Source: Desulfobacterales bacterium
GTDB taxonomy: Bacteria > Desulfobacterota > Desulfobacteria > Desulfobacterales > UBA2174
DNA: 64,000 bases
NCBI GenBank assembly: GCA_963668645.2
Contig: CAXXWC010000015.1
Location: forward strand, 32,001 to 96,000
Direction: 5' to 3'
Of this stretch, positions 20,933 to 30,798 are shown one piece after another; positions within the stretch are counted from its first letter, which is position 1; each line of letters starts with the position of its first letter. The notes under the pieces are model-generated. The model saw only the letters and a program-made list of their open reading frames with translations, searched no databases and was not told where the DNA came from. A program made the position numbers and the translations under genes.

Positions 20933-21640
20933 CTATTTCCAGTTGTTTATTTTCTCGCCGATGACCTTGGAGTCTGAAATGATGGCGATGTAGCTCAATA
21001 CGTTATCGATGATCCAGTCGTGGAGTTCATCGGTGGCATCGTTGCAGCAGTCTTTGAGCACGATGGGGTAGTACTGGCGGTCGCTGGCGGAAAGGGTGGT
21101 TGCCAAAACCACGTACCGGGCAGTGGCGATGCCGGCGATCATCACGTCCGTCACCCCCATCGAGTGCAGCAGGATATCCAAGTCGGTGCCGTAAAAACCG
21201 TTTTTCGAGGCGTGGCTGACCACGGGCTCGTTGCCCACCGGTTTGAGTTCGTCGATAATTTCCGCCCCCCATGTCCCATCCACGAGGACCCCCGCTTTCG
21301 TGAAAGCGGAAAAAAGCGGACCCGGTTTGGAAGACACCTCAGGCGCCCCGGGGCGAAGTGCAAAGCGCACGTGAATAACCGGAATGCCTTTATTGCGGCA
21401 TGCATCCAGAACGGCTTTGGTATGTTCAACGTTGCCGGCATCCGCAATCCTTTTGGCATAGTAGCTTGCAATCTTCCCATCGGGATGCACGATGTCGTTT
21501 TGATAATGCAAAATCAGCAACGCGGCTTTTTCAGGGTTGAATACCAGCGGTTCGGATTCCTTGGCCATGGATTGCGCCACAGCAAGCGACAAACAAACGA
21601 GTGAAATAACGGCAGACAGTAGGGCGAGCCTCTTTTTCAT
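20933..21640 (-). CDS. Isochorismatase/cysteine-hydrolase fold protein with signal peptide
   Basis: ALLILHYQND, GTWGAEIIDEL, FYGTDLDILL; N-terminal KKR plus hydrophobic stretch. Confidence 0.8.
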   Translation of the reverse strand: MKKRLALLSAVISLVCLSLAVAQSMAKESEPLVFNPEKAALLILHYQNDIVHPDGKIASYYAKRIADAGNVEHTKAVLDACRNKGIPVIHVRFALRPGAPEVSSKPGPLFSAFTKAGVLVDGTWGAEIIDELKPVGNEPVVSHASKNGFYGTDLDILLHSMGVTDVMIAGIATARYVVLATTLSASDRQYYPIVLKDCCNDATDELHDWIIDNVLSYIAIISDSKVIGEKINNWK

Positions 21641-21823
21641 TTTTCCTCCCATGCTGAATTATTTCGGTTAGTTTCATCCCATGGCACAAGTGCTGCGATC
21701 AAAAGACGCCTCTTTTCCCAAAACGCCTTGGCCCTGACTGAATTCTCTCGGGCAAGCGTATCGGGTCAATCTACCTATGTTGCGGTAATACGGACGAGGG
21801 CCTTGTGTTTTTGCTGCGATCTG

Positions 21824-21875
21824 ATTTTGGATCCAAAATTGGATCGTATATGAGGGATAAAATTTTTCCTGTCAA
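21824..21875 (-). promoter_or_regulatory. Candidate promoter (-35 TTGACA) with 16-bp perfect palindrome ATTTTGGATCCAAAAT as putative operator
   Basis: Palindrome 21824-21839; TTGACA at 21875-21870; upstream of the 11-21 kb minus-strand cluster; -10 is weak. Confidence 0.5.
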
Positions 21876-22041
21876 GACTTTTTTTCAGTTACCTTCAGGA
21901 TTCCGATGACACCTGTTCCGTGCAGGTCATGAAATGCGTTTGGCGGGAGGTGGATTTTCTTGGAACTTGGGGATACCGAGTGGGGGATTAAAAGAAATCC
22001 GTGCCTTGGCAAAGCGGTCTGTTTGGGGGGATTTGCCTCAA

Positions 22042-22073
22042 ACCACCTCTCCCGCACCTGCGGGAGAGGTGGT
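22042..22073. repeat. Perfect GC-rich hairpin (REP-like or terminator) after the oxidoreductase operon
   Basis: ACCACCTCTCCCGCA-CC-TGCGGGAGAGGTGGT. Confidence 0.6.
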
Positions 22074-22102
22074 GGCGCAGAGACATGATCTGGACAAACA
22101 CT

Positions 22103-22642
22103 TCAGGCCGCCTCGGCCAGTTCGATGCCGATCTCCAGGGCCTGTCGGTTCATGTCGATAAAAGCCGCGGGAAGGCGCCGTTCGAGCATCTTCATCACCG
22201 ATTCGGGCTTGATCAGCCCGGTCAGGGTGATGACCGCCCCGAGCATGCAGATGTTGAACACGATGGGCTTGCCGATGCGATCCATCACCGTGCGGAACAT
22301 GTCCAGCTGGCGCTGGCGGGCGTCCACCTTGCGTTCGAGCTGGACATAGCGCGGATCGGTGATCAACAGCCCCCCGGGCCGGATGATGGGATAAAACTTG
22401 TTATAGGCCTCCTGGGTCAGGCACACGAGCACGTTGGGCTGGAGCACCTTGGGAAAGAAGATCTCCTCTTCGGCCACGATCACGTCCGAGCGCGTGGCCC
22501 CGCCCCGGGCCGCCGCGCCGTAGACCTGGGTCTGCACCGCGTTGAGCCCTTCTTCGATCACCGCCGCCTCGGCCAGCAGGATGGCCGCCGTGATCACCCC
22601 CTGGCCGCCGGAGCCGGAAAATACGATTCTGCATCTTTCCAT
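22103..22642 (-). CDS. 2-oxoacid:ferredoxin oxidoreductase gamma subunit
   Basis: FSGSGGQGVI, YGAAARGG, NICMLGA. Confidence 0.92.
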   Translation of the reverse strand: MERCRIVFSGSGGQGVITAAILLAEAAVIEEGLNAVQTQVYGAAARGGATRSDVIVAEEEIFFPKVLQPNVLVCLTQEAYNKFYPIIRPGGLLITDPRYVQLERKVDARQRQLDMFRTVMDRIGKPIVFNICMLGAVITLTGLIKPESVMKMLERRLPAAFIDMNRQALEIGIELAEAA

Positions 22643-22644
22643 GG

Positions 22645-23448
22645 CTATTTTCCTTTCTGGGCCCGTTCGATGACCTGGTCGTAAGCCTTGCAGTACTCGG
22701 GCAGCTCCTTTTGTACGAAGACGCCGCGTTCGATCAGGGCCGGGTTTTCCGCCTTGGCCTTGGAGCCCACCGGCGTGGTGTTGTCCTTGAGCCAGTTCAT
22801 CATTTCCACCGCCCCGCCCTGCTTGTTGCGCCGCCCGAAATAGGTCGGGCACTGGGTCAGGACCTCGACCACCGAAAAGCCTTCGTGCAGGATCGCTTCG
22901 CGCAGCAGCTTGGTCAGCTGCTGCACATGGTAGGTGGTCGAACGGGCCACGAAGGTGGCCCCGGCCGCGCGGGCCAGCTCGACCACGTCAAAGCTCTGGT
23001 CCACGGTGGCATAGGGGGCCGTGGTGGCCATGATCCCGTAACCCGAAAGGGGAGAGAACTGGCCCCCGGTCATCCCGTAGATGCGGTTGTTCATCACGAT
23101 GGCGGTGATGTCGATGTTGCGCCGGGCCGCGTGGATGAAGTGGTTGCCGCCGATGGCCAGCGCGTCCCCGTCGCCCATGGGCACGATCAGGTTCAGCTCC
23201 GGGCGGCTCAGCTTGACCCCCGTGGCAAAGGCCAGGGCCCGGCCGTGAATCGTATGCAGGGTATGAAAGTCGAGATACCCCGAGATGCGGCTCGAACAGC
23301 CGATCCCCGAGGCCATCACGATTTCGTTTTTGCTCATGCCGAGCGATTCCACGGCCCGCAGCAGGCTGTTGAGAATGATGCCGTGGCCGCAGCCGGCGCA
23401 CCAGATGTGCGGGAAAAATCGTTCACGGATATAATCTTTGACAGCCAT
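22645..23448 (-). CDS. 2-oxoacid:ferredoxin oxidoreductase beta subunit
   Basis: WCAGCGHG, GIGCS, GDGD...NN TPP motif, YGMTGGQ. Confidence 0.95.
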   Translation of the reverse strand: MAVKDYIRERFFPHIWCAGCGHGIILNSLLRAVESLGMSKNEIVMASGIGCSSRISGYLDFHTLHTIHGRALAFATGVKLSRPELNLIVPMGDGDALAIGGNHFIHAARRNIDITAIVMNNRIYGMTGGQFSPLSGYGIMATTAPYATVDQSFDVVELARAAGATFVARSTTYHVQQLTKLLREAILHEGFSVVEVLTQCPTYFGRRNKQGGAVEMMNWLKDNTTPVGSKAKAENPALIERGVFVQKELPEYCKAYDQVIERAQKGK

Positions 23449-23451
23449 GGG

Positions 23452-24600
23452 TCAGACTCCTCTCCCCTGGATGAGCCGCAGGATGTTGCGGATATCGGTA
23501 GGCGTGATCAGGGTGCCGTCGATGCGGTTGGCCAAAAAGACCTTTTCCGGTTCGTTCACGGCTGCCTTGACCTCCCGCATGATCTGGCCGGTGTTCATCT
23601 CGGCCACTACCACCGAGCGAGCCCGGCTGCACTTTTCGCGCACGATGGCGGCCGGAAAGGGCCAGAGGGTCTGCAACTCGAGCAGTCCGAGCCGTTCGCC
23701 CCGGGCCCGGCGCTCGCGCACCACGTGCAGGGCCGAGCGGGCCGAACTGCCGTAGGAGATGAACACGGTTTGGGCATCGTCCAGAAAGTGCTCCTTGTAA
23801 TGGGTCACATGATCGACATTGTTCTCGATCTTGTCTATCAGGTGGCGCAGCAGCCCGTCGACCACGGTGGGATTGTCCGACGGAAAGCCCCACATGTCGT
23901 GAAACAGTCCGGTGACGTTGTAACGGTGCACCCCGCCGAAATCGCTCATCGGCAGCCGGCCGTCCTCGCGCGGCAGATAGGGGTGGTAGTCCACCCCCCC
24001 GGGCACCGAGGTATGCAGCCGCTCGACCAGCGGAATATTACCGGGCTCGGGGATCACCAGCTTCTCGCGCATGTGGCCCACCCCTTCATCGAAAAGCAGG
24101 ATCACCGGCGTGCGGTAGGTTTCGGCGATGTTGAAGGCCTCCACCGTCATGGCGAAAACATCCTGGTGGTTCGAAGCGGTGAGGGTCACGATGCTGTGGT
24201 CTCCGTGACTCCCCCAGCGCGCCTGCATCACGTCGCCCTGGGCCACGTGGGTGGGGTTGCCGGTGGACGGCCCGCCGCGCTGCACGTTGACGATCACGCA
24301 GGGGATCTCGGCCATCACCGCATAGCCCAGGGCCTCCTGTTTAAGGGAGAATCCCGGTCCACTGGTGGCCGTCATCACCTTGTGGCCGGTGAGCGAGGCC
24401 CCGATGATGGCGCACATGGAGGCGATCTCGTCCTCCATCTGGATAAACTTGCCGCCGATCTGCGGCAGCCGGGCCGAGAGGCCCTCGGCGATTTCCGTGG
24501 ACGGCGTGATGGGATAGCCGGCAAAAAATTGCAGCCCGGCATACAAAGCCCCTTCCACGCAGGCCTCGTTTCCCTGGATAAATTTCACATTTGGTTTCAT
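23452..24600 (-). CDS. 2-oxoacid:ferredoxin oxidoreductase alpha subunit
   Basis: GNEA, YPITPSTE, QMEDEIAS, TATSGPGFSL. Confidence 0.95.
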   Translation of the reverse strand: MKPNVKFIQGNEACVEGALYAGLQFFAGYPITPSTEIAEGLSARLPQIGGKFIQMEDEIASMCAIIGASLTGHKVMTATSGPGFSLKQEALGYAVMAEIPCVIVNVQRGGPSTGNPTHVAQGDVMQARWGSHGDHSIVTLTASNHQDVFAMTVEAFNIAETYRTPVILLFDEGVGHMREKLVIPEPGNIPLVERLHTSVPGGVDYHPYLPREDGRLPMSDFGGVHRYNVTGLFHDMWGFPSDNPTVVDGLLRHLIDKIENNVDHVTHYKEHFLDDAQTVFISYGSSARSALHVVRERRARGERLGLLELQTLWPFPAAIVREKCSRARSVVVAEMNTGQIMREVKAAVNEPEKVFLANRIDGTLITPTDIRNILRLIQGRGV

Positions 24601-24608
24601 CGCAGCTT

Positions 24609-24824
24609 TTACTCCGTGATGATTTCGATGGCCAGGTCGGGACACCTGAGTTCGCAAAGCTTGCAGGCGATGCAGTCTTCGGGCCGGGCCGCCACCGCCT
24701 TGTCCTTGTCGTCGAGTTCAAGTACGTTCTTGGGGCAAAAAGCCACACAGATGCCGCACCCCTTGCACCAGGCCTGATTGATAAGGTGCTCCTTCAACTT
24801 GAGTTTTTTCTGGGCTTCGACCAT
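24609..24824 (-). CDS. 2-oxoacid oxidoreductase delta subunit (2x[4Fe-4S])
   Basis: CKGCGICVAFCP and CIACKLCELRCP. Confidence 0.92.
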   Translation of the reverse strand: MVEAQKKLKLKEHLINQAWCKGCGICVAFCPKNVLELDDKDKAVAARPEDCIACKLCELRCPDLAIEIITE

Positions 24825-24936
24825 GCAATTTTCCTCCAACGCTAAAGGACCGCGTGGACGCGGCCCGGATTGATGACGATCAGCACTTTACCGATGACCA
24901 CTTCGCGGACCCTCTGTCATCACCGGCAAGCGGCGG

Positions 24937-25995
24937 TCAGGGGACCATACGCCCGAACGTCTCCAGGGCCTTTTGGACCAGGTAGAGGTGGTAGCCGGGC
25001 GTTTCCGGTGCCAGCTCGCAGCCCACGCTGAACATGAACCCGCGCGGCGCCCGCTTGCCCTTCTCGATGATCTGGCGGCACCGCTGGACGATCTCCCCGG
25101 GCTGGCCCGTGAGCAGAAGGCTCGGGTCCAGGTTGCCGATGAGCACCGCCTTGTGGCCGATCACTTCGATGGCCTTGTCGATGTCGATCTCATCGCCGAA
25201 GCTGCAAAGCCCCGGATCGCCCATGGCCACCTCGGCCCACATCGGCATGTTGGCGTTCTGGTCCCCGCAGATGTGGTGCAGCACGTGGCGCACCCCCATT
25301 TGTGCGATCCGCTCTCCGGTCTCTGCCAGGTACGGCAGAACGAAGTTCTTGAACTGGCGCGGCGAAATGATCAGGTTCGACGCCATCGGTTCCCAGAACT
25401 GGGGGATGACCTTCTCGGCGCCGAAGGTATTGACCCAGTACGCCACGGTCTCCAGGATGTGGTCCGTGGCCAGGCGCAGCAGGTGGTGGGCCAGATCCGG
25501 TTTTTTGATCATCCAGCGGCACAGCTTGGCCACCGAGCAAAGGTTGCCCGCCAGGGTGAAGTTGCCGCCCATGATCACCGAAATCGGCGTGCCGTTCTGT
25601 TCCTGCAGGCGTGAAAATTCCATGGCTATGGGCAAACATCCGGCCGTGCGCACGTCGGGACGGGCCAGATGCTCGGCCTCGGCCTCGTCGTTGACCGGAA
25701 AGGTTTTATGCGACGGGGCCTGCTGGTAGGTGCCGGTGGGCATCTCGATCTGGCCGCCGAACTCCCAGGTGCCGTACGACGCGTACCCGTAAAGCGGGCC
25801 CCAGTCCACCCCGTACTGCTCGAAGGTGCGCTGCTGGGCCGCGTAGCTCTTCTCGGCGTCGCTGTAGATCGCCTGGATCGGATAGCCCACGTTGCGGGCG
25901 CTGAAGCCGAGGATAAATGGAAAGTGGGCAATGCGGTCCACCGGGTTTCCCGCCAGAACCGCCGCGTTGCGTTCCTTGCTGGTCATGGTCGCCAT
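24937..25995 (-). CDS. Uroporphyrinogen decarboxylase / MtaA-CmuA family corrinoid methyltransferase
   Basis: MTSKER start, HICG Zn motif, GNLDP, GCEL. Confidence 0.85.
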   Translation of the reverse strand: MATMTSKERNAAVLAGNPVDRIAHFPFILGFSARNVGYPIQAIYSDAEKSYAAQQRTFEQYGVDWGPLYGYASYGTWEFGGQIEMPTGTYQQAPSHKTFPVNDEAEAEHLARPDVRTAGCLPIAMEFSRLQEQNGTPISVIMGGNFTLAGNLCSVAKLCRWMIKKPDLAHHLLRLATDHILETVAYWVNTFGAEKVIPQFWEPMASNLIISPRQFKNFVLPYLAETGERIAQMGVRHVLHHICGDQNANMPMWAEVAMGDPGLCSFGDEIDIDKAIEVIGHKAVLIGNLDPSLLLTGQPGEIVQRCRQIIEKGKRAPRGFMFSVGCELAPETPGYHLYLVQKALETFGRMVP

Positions 25996-26021
25996 ACTGT
26001 TTCCTTTTCTTTACCGTCACC

Positions 26022-26147
26022 CCGGAAATGGTGGATTTGGGTTCCTGGCAAGGCCCGAGCGCGTTTTCAACCGGAGCAATAGTTCACTATTTCAAGGATT
26101 GAAAACGAGCGAGAACGCCGCCAGGGGCCAAAAGATGCCGTTTCCGG
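26022..26147. repeat. MITE-like repeat, copy 1 (~126 bp, terminal IR CCGGAAAYGG)
   Basis: Terminal inverted repeats; reverse-complement similarity to 36901-37027. Confidence 0.75.
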
Positions 26148-26153
26148 CAATGT

Positions 26154-27224
26154 CTATTCGTACCAGCCAAAATCATGGGCCGCACGGGTCATGGCATAGA
26201 CGTTCACCGGCGGCGCCCCCACCGGCAGGCCGCAGCCCGGCCCCAGGATGAATCCGCCCGGGGCCTGGCGTCCCTTTTCGACGGCCGTTCGGCATAGATC
26301 GTAGACCGTCTCGGGGGTTCCGGTCTGGATCACCGCCGGCTCGATGTTGCCAAAGATGATGTCCCCGGGAAAGTGTTCCATGGCCTTGGAAAGATCCACC
26401 TCGTGGCCGAAGCTCAGCACGCTGGGGTGGGACCAGGCATCGGCTCCGGCCAGCAGCGGCAGGTTCATGTTCTGCTCGCCGCAGATGTGGAACCCGAAAC
26501 GCATCACCCCCAGGGCCCGCAGCCGCCGGTGGTACTCCTGGTGATAGGGGATGGCGAACTTCTTGACGATCCGCGGTGAGACGAGCTGGTTCGATTCGGT
26601 GGGGCTGCTCATCCAGGCAAATACCCGGCCGGCGCCGAAGGTGTCGACCCAGAGGCCGAGCACGTTAAAGATATGGTCGATGGAAAGCTCCAGCAGCCGC
26701 TCGCACAACTCGGGCCGCTTCATGGTCCAGCGCAAAAAGCGGTCGATGCCCGCGATGTTGGCCGCCATGGTAAAAGGGCTGCGCGAAAAAAAATAGACCG
26801 GCAAATCGTGCTCGAACTGGAGCCGCGCATAACGCAGGGCCTGGGGAATCCGCCCGGCGCTTTCCGGATCGGGCAGGCGCAGCTTCTCGATGTCCTCTTC
26901 GGCGTTGACCGGGTAATCGGTCACCACCAGGGCCCCCTCGTACTCGCCCTTGGGCATGCGCACCTTGCCGCCGAAGTCCCAGGCACCCATCACGGTGTGA
27001 CCGGCATACTGGGGAATCGGGTCCCACCCGTACTGCTCGGTGGTCCACTGCATGTCCGAAAAGCTCTTTTCCGGATCCTCGTAAGCGTCGGCCACCGTGT
27101 GGCCCGCGTTGCGCGTGTTGAACCCGGTACTCATGGCCCCCACCGCAACCCGGTCGGGACGCTGGCCGGCAAAAAGAGCGTCCATCCGCTCCTGGCTTGT
27201 CATTCGATCCTGTCTCAGGTGCAT
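26154..27224 (-). CDS. Uroporphyrinogen decarboxylase / MtaA-CmuA family corrinoid methyltransferase
   Basis: MTSQERM, FHICG, GNIEP, GPGCGL. Confidence 0.85.
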   Translation of the reverse strand: MHLRQDRMTSQERMDALFAGQRPDRVAVGAMSTGFNTRNAGHTVADAYEDPEKSFSDMQWTTEQYGWDPIPQYAGHTVMGAWDFGGKVRMPKGEYEGALVVTDYPVNAEEDIEKLRLPDPESAGRIPQALRYARLQFEHDLPVYFFSRSPFTMAANIAGIDRFLRWTMKRPELCERLLELSIDHIFNVLGLWVDTFGAGRVFAWMSSPTESNQLVSPRIVKKFAIPYHQEYHRRLRALGVMRFGFHICGEQNMNLPLLAGADAWSHPSVLSFGHEVDLSKAMEHFPGDIIFGNIEPAVIQTGTPETVYDLCRTAVEKGRQAPGGFILGPGCGLPVGAPPVNVYAMTRAAHDFGWYE

Positions 27225-27243
27225 GGCTACCCCCCGGCTGCCG

Positions 27244-27897
27244 TCAGGCCGCTTTGGTGAACAGACGCTCGGCGGTGACCACCGCCTGGATGGCGTCAGT
27301 GGCATACCCATCGGCCCCGTACTGGCGCGCGATCTCCTCGTTGAGCGGCGCCCCGCCCACCAGCACGATCACCTTCGGATTGACCGCCTTGACCATCTCG
27401 ATCACCTTGGGCATGGCCATCATGCTGGTGGTCATCAGGGCCGACAGCGCCACCACGTCCGCCCCGGTGCTCTTGAGCTCCTCGGCAAAACGCTCCAGCT
27501 TGACATCCTTGCCCAGATCGAAAATCTCCCAGCCGGCCGCCTCGAACATGGTCTTGACCAGGGTCTTGCCGATGTCGTGGATGTCGCCTTCCACCACGCC
27601 CATAATGATCTTGCCGGCCGCAGCGTGTTCGTCAACCTTAACGTGGGGCCTGAGCACCTCCAGCCCGGCGTACATGGCATCCGAGGAAAGCAGCAGCTCG
27701 GGCACGAAATACTCGTTCTGCTCGTAGAGCTTGCCCACCGAGTCCATCCCCGCCGCCAGACCCTCCATGATGGCGCTATAGGCGTCCAGGCCGGCGGACA
27801 GGGCCTCACGGCACAGCTCCGGGGTCTTTTCCTCGTCCATGTCCACAACCGCATCGTGAATCTCTTTCAGTAACGCTGCCTGTTTTTCGGAATCCAT
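27244..27897 (-). CDS. Corrinoid (B12-binding) methyl-carrier protein, MtaC/MttC type
   Basis: EGDIHDIGK, SALMTT, VGGAP. Confidence 0.93.
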   Translation of the reverse strand: MDSEKQAALLKEIHDAVVDMDEEKTPELCREALSAGLDAYSAIMEGLAAGMDSVGKLYEQNEYFVPELLLSSDAMYAGLEVLRPHVKVDEHAAAGKIIMGVVEGDIHDIGKTLVKTMFEAAGWEIFDLGKDVKLERFAEELKSTGADVVALSALMTTSMMAMPKVIEMVKAVNPKVIVLVGGAPLNEEIARQYGADGYATDAIQAVVTAERLFTKAA

Positions 27898-27992
27898 GTC
27901 TGAACGTCCTTTCTGCATTCCCATTGGTGCGTGATGCGCGTTTTAGGTGAACGACGCGCCGGGGTTCTCAGCGCCGCCGGTGTTTCATGTTC

Positions 27993-28991
27993 TCAAGCAT
28001 GCGAAGCGTTCAACAGCTCGCCCATGTCCCAGACCCGGATGCCCAGCGCTGCTTCGTGTTTCATCAGGTTGATCAGACAGATGGGGCAGGTCACCAGAAC
28101 ATCCTTGCACGCCCCGGCAAGCTCCTGCGCCCGGATACAGGAGATCGAACGGCTCAGATCGCAAAAGGCATATTCCACCGGGCCGCCGCAGCAGGCCGTG
28201 TTCTTGGCACAGTTTTCCGCCTCCACCACCTCGATGCCCAGGCCCTGAAGCACGCTGCGCGCCGGAGCCACGATGTCCAGGTCCCGGGTCATGACGCAAG
28301 AGTCGTGCAGCACGATCTTTTCCGGCACACCGGCCGCCGGGCGGTCGCGCTTTACCGGCTTTGCGCTGGCCAGTACCTCCAGATAGTGGCGCACATCCAG
28401 ATCGAACCTGGGAATAAAACGCGGATAGATCTCGCGCAACATGAAGGTCGTGTGCGGATCGGTAGCCACCACGGTCCGCGCCCCGGACTCTTTCAAAGTC
28501 CGGTATACCCTTTGGGCGATGGGCACCACCGCCTCTTCCAGTCCCAGGTCGTGGAGCAACACCCCGCTGTACGGTTCCTGTTCGTGCAGGTAGGCCGGAC
28601 GGAGCCCGCCTGCACCCAGGGCCGCCACGATCCCCTGCAGGGCCGCCTGCCCCCTGCGGCGGATCTCTTGCTGGCCGCGGGCCTTGAACCGCAAAAGTGG
28701 GCCGCCCACCAGGGCCCCGGCCATCTCAGCCATGCGGGCAATCGCGTCCACCCCGAGGACCGGCACGATCGGCTGGGCCGCGGCGGCCATCTCCGTGGTG
28801 CTCACCACATAGGGCAGCATCTGGTACATGCGCGCCGTGTAGAGCAGGGTCGGACCGCGTTGATCAAGGCCCAGCCCCTCTGCCCAGCGTGTCCAGTAAG
28901 TCGTCTTGAGCCCCAGCGGATCCCCGGTGCGCTCAAGGTTGCCCTCTATCGTCCTCAGGGCCTGGGCCACCAGTACCTTAGAGCTTCGCAT
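27993..28991 (-). CDS. Fe-S oxidoreductase subunit with CCG domain (GlpC/HdrD/GlcF-like)
   Basis: LHDSC, ACCGG, TCPIC. Confidence 0.82.
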   Translation of the reverse strand: MRSSKVLVAQALRTIEGNLERTGDPLGLKTTYWTRWAEGLGLDQRGPTLLYTARMYQMLPYVVSTTEMAAAAQPIVPVLGVDAIARMAEMAGALVGGPLLRFKARGQQEIRRRGQAALQGIVAALGAGGLRPAYLHEQEPYSGVLLHDLGLEEAVVPIAQRVYRTLKESGARTVVATDPHTTFMLREIYPRFIPRFDLDVRHYLEVLASAKPVKRDRPAAGVPEKIVLHDSCVMTRDLDIVAPARSVLQGLGIEVVEAENCAKNTACCGGPVEYAFCDLSRSISCIRAQELAGACKDVLVTCPICLINLMKHEAALGIRVWDMGELLNASHA

Positions 28992-29319
28992 GGCGTCCTC
29001 CCCTGGCCAGCCGGTTTGACAAAAGACGCCGGCCGGTCCCAAGCAATTCACAAATGTCAAGGTTCTGCCCCTTGCCCTTGCACATCACTTCACAGCGCCG
29101 GCACTGCAGGCAACTGTACAGGCAATAGGTCAGGGCATCGTCGAAGGCCAGAGTGCCGTTGAGAAGATACTTGATGATCTGCAGCCGGCCGAAGGAGGAA
29201 AAACTCTCCACCCCCCCCGAAGCCTGGTAGGTCGGACAGACATCGACGCAGAACCGGCACGAGCGGCACTTGGCGATCTCTTTGAGCAAATGGTCCCGAT
29301 CCGAGTCGTCGTTGGTCAC
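28978..29319 (-). CDS. 4Fe-4S dicluster protein (N-terminal half of a split GlcF-like subunit)
   Basis: CRSCRFCVDVCP and CLQCRRCEVMC; GTGA overlap with the upstream gene; only the 3' part of the track ORF. Confidence 0.8.
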   Translation of the reverse strand: MTNDDSDRDHLLKEIAKCRSCRFCVDVCPTYQASGGVESFSSFGRLQIIKYLLNGTLAFDDALTYCLYSCLQCRRCEVMCKGKGQNLDICELLGTGRRLLSNRLARGGRHAKL

Positions 29320-30728
29320 AGCCAGCCCTCCAGATTGCCGCGGTTTAAAATGTTGTTCGGGTCGAAGGTCTTCTTCAACCCGGCCAGAAAAGCGGTGTAG
29401 GCCGGGCCGTACTTCGCTTCGAGAAAACCGGCCCGCTGGGCCGTCAGCCCCCACTCGCCCCCGCATCCGCCGTACTTGACGTTGAGTGCCTCGGTCTTTT
29501 CGCGCACCTCCAGGGTCACCGCCTTTTTCACCTCGTTGGGGATCTCCTTGGAGGGGATAAAGGCATAGGCGTGGATCGTGGGCGCCCCGATATGCCCGAA
29601 GGAATAAAATTCGTTGCCTTTGTAACTGTCGAGGTTGAGAATGATCTGCTTGGCCTCGGCAAAGGCTTCCCTTAGCCGATCGACCCGCGGGGTGATCTCG
29701 CTGCCGAAGGTCGAGCCGAGACGGTAGACGTAGTTGCCCGCCTCGGCGCGGCTGCTCCAGATCTTGTTCCAGCGCTCGGCATCGGCCACGATTTCGGCCG
29801 AAATGGGATTGCGCCGCTGGAGAAACTCGACAAAGGCCTGGGCCTTGGCCTCGCACCCGGCCGCGGTGGCCGAATGCATGGTCATCATGGCCACCGCGCC
29901 TTTGGGCGGTTCCAGCCCCACGGCCTTGAATCCCACCGGGGCCGATTTCTCGTCCAGATATTCGAAAAACAGCGGCGTGTGCATCCCCTCGCGGTACATG
30001 GCCATCACCGTGTCGAGAATCTCTTCGCTGCTGGCAAAATAGGCCACGATGTTGGCCATCTGCGGTTTGGGGATCAGGCGCATGCGGATCTTGGTGATCA
30101 CGCACAGCAGCCCTTCGGAACCGACGAGAAACTTGGTCGCCTCGATGCCGGCCGGCTTGCGGGTCGACTCGGTGCCCGTCTCGAGTATCTCCCCGGTGGC
30201 CAGCACCACCTCCAGGCCCAGAACATAGTCGCCCGGCTTGCAGAGGCTGGCGTCCACCGCGTGGGCACTGGTGTTCACCGCCACCGAACCGCCGATGGTG
30301 GCGATCGGCTCGCTGCCCGGAAAAATCGGCAGCAACGCCTTGTGCGGCGCCAGCGCCTTTCTCAGCTTGCCGATGTGCATCCCCGGCTCCACCTCGAAGT
30401 AGCCCCGCTCGGGGAAAATCTCCAGCTTCTGCATCCTGCCCGTGTCCAGCACGATGGCATTGGTCTTGGGCCGGCCGAGACCCACCAGCGAGGTCCCCGA
30501 ACCGTGGGTGTGCACCGGGATGCCGCGCGCGTTGGCGTATTTGAGCACCTCGGAAACCTCCCGGCCGTCGGCCGGGCGCACCACGGCGAAAGGCACGTGA
30601 TGCGCCTCCACGTCCCAGGGCATCGTGTCCTTGGCATAGGCCATGGCCGTGGGCCGGTCGGTAAACGCGTTCTCCTTACCGACCAGGGCGGCAAGATCTT
30701 TGGTCAGTCGTTTCAGGTCGTATTCCAT
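29316..30728 (-). CDS. FAD-binding oxidoreductase, GlcD / D-2-hydroxyacid dehydrogenase family
   Basis: GSGTSLVG, ATIGG, GSEGLL, FGHIG, FDPNNILNRG. Confidence 0.88.
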   Translation of the reverse strand: MEYDLKRLTKDLAALVGKENAFTDRPTAMAYAKDTMPWDVEAHHVPFAVVRPADGREVSEVLKYANARGIPVHTHGSGTSLVGLGRPKTNAIVLDTGRMQKLEIFPERGYFEVEPGMHIGKLRKALAPHKALLPIFPGSEPIATIGGSVAVNTSAHAVDASLCKPGDYVLGLEVVLATGEILETGTESTRKPAGIEATKFLVGSEGLLCVITKIRMRLIPKPQMANIVAYFASSEEILDTVMAMYREGMHTPLFFEYLDEKSAPVGFKAVGLEPPKGAVAMMTMHSATAAGCEAKAQAFVEFLQRRNPISAEIVADAERWNKIWSSRAEAGNYVYRLGSTFGSEITPRVDRLREAFAEAKQIILNLDSYKGNEFYSFGHIGAPTIHAYAFIPSKEIPNEVKKAVTLEVREKTEALNVKYGGCGGEWGLTAQRAGFLEAKYGPAYTAFLAGLKKTFDPNNILNRGNLEGWL

Positions 30729-30798
30729 TGCGCCTCCGGTTGTCTCAGCGCGCCGACGGTCAGATGTCTGGCGGCTTTTCATATGAACGGTAAAAGTT

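Noticed and set aside
21682..21696. Sigma54-like TGGCAC-N5-CTGC
   Set aside because: On the plus strand, pointing away from the adjacent operon with no downstream gene.
24937..27897. Pyrrolysine or selenocysteine readthrough in the methyltransferase genes
   Set aside because: All three ORFs are full length for their families and none is MttB/MtmB type.
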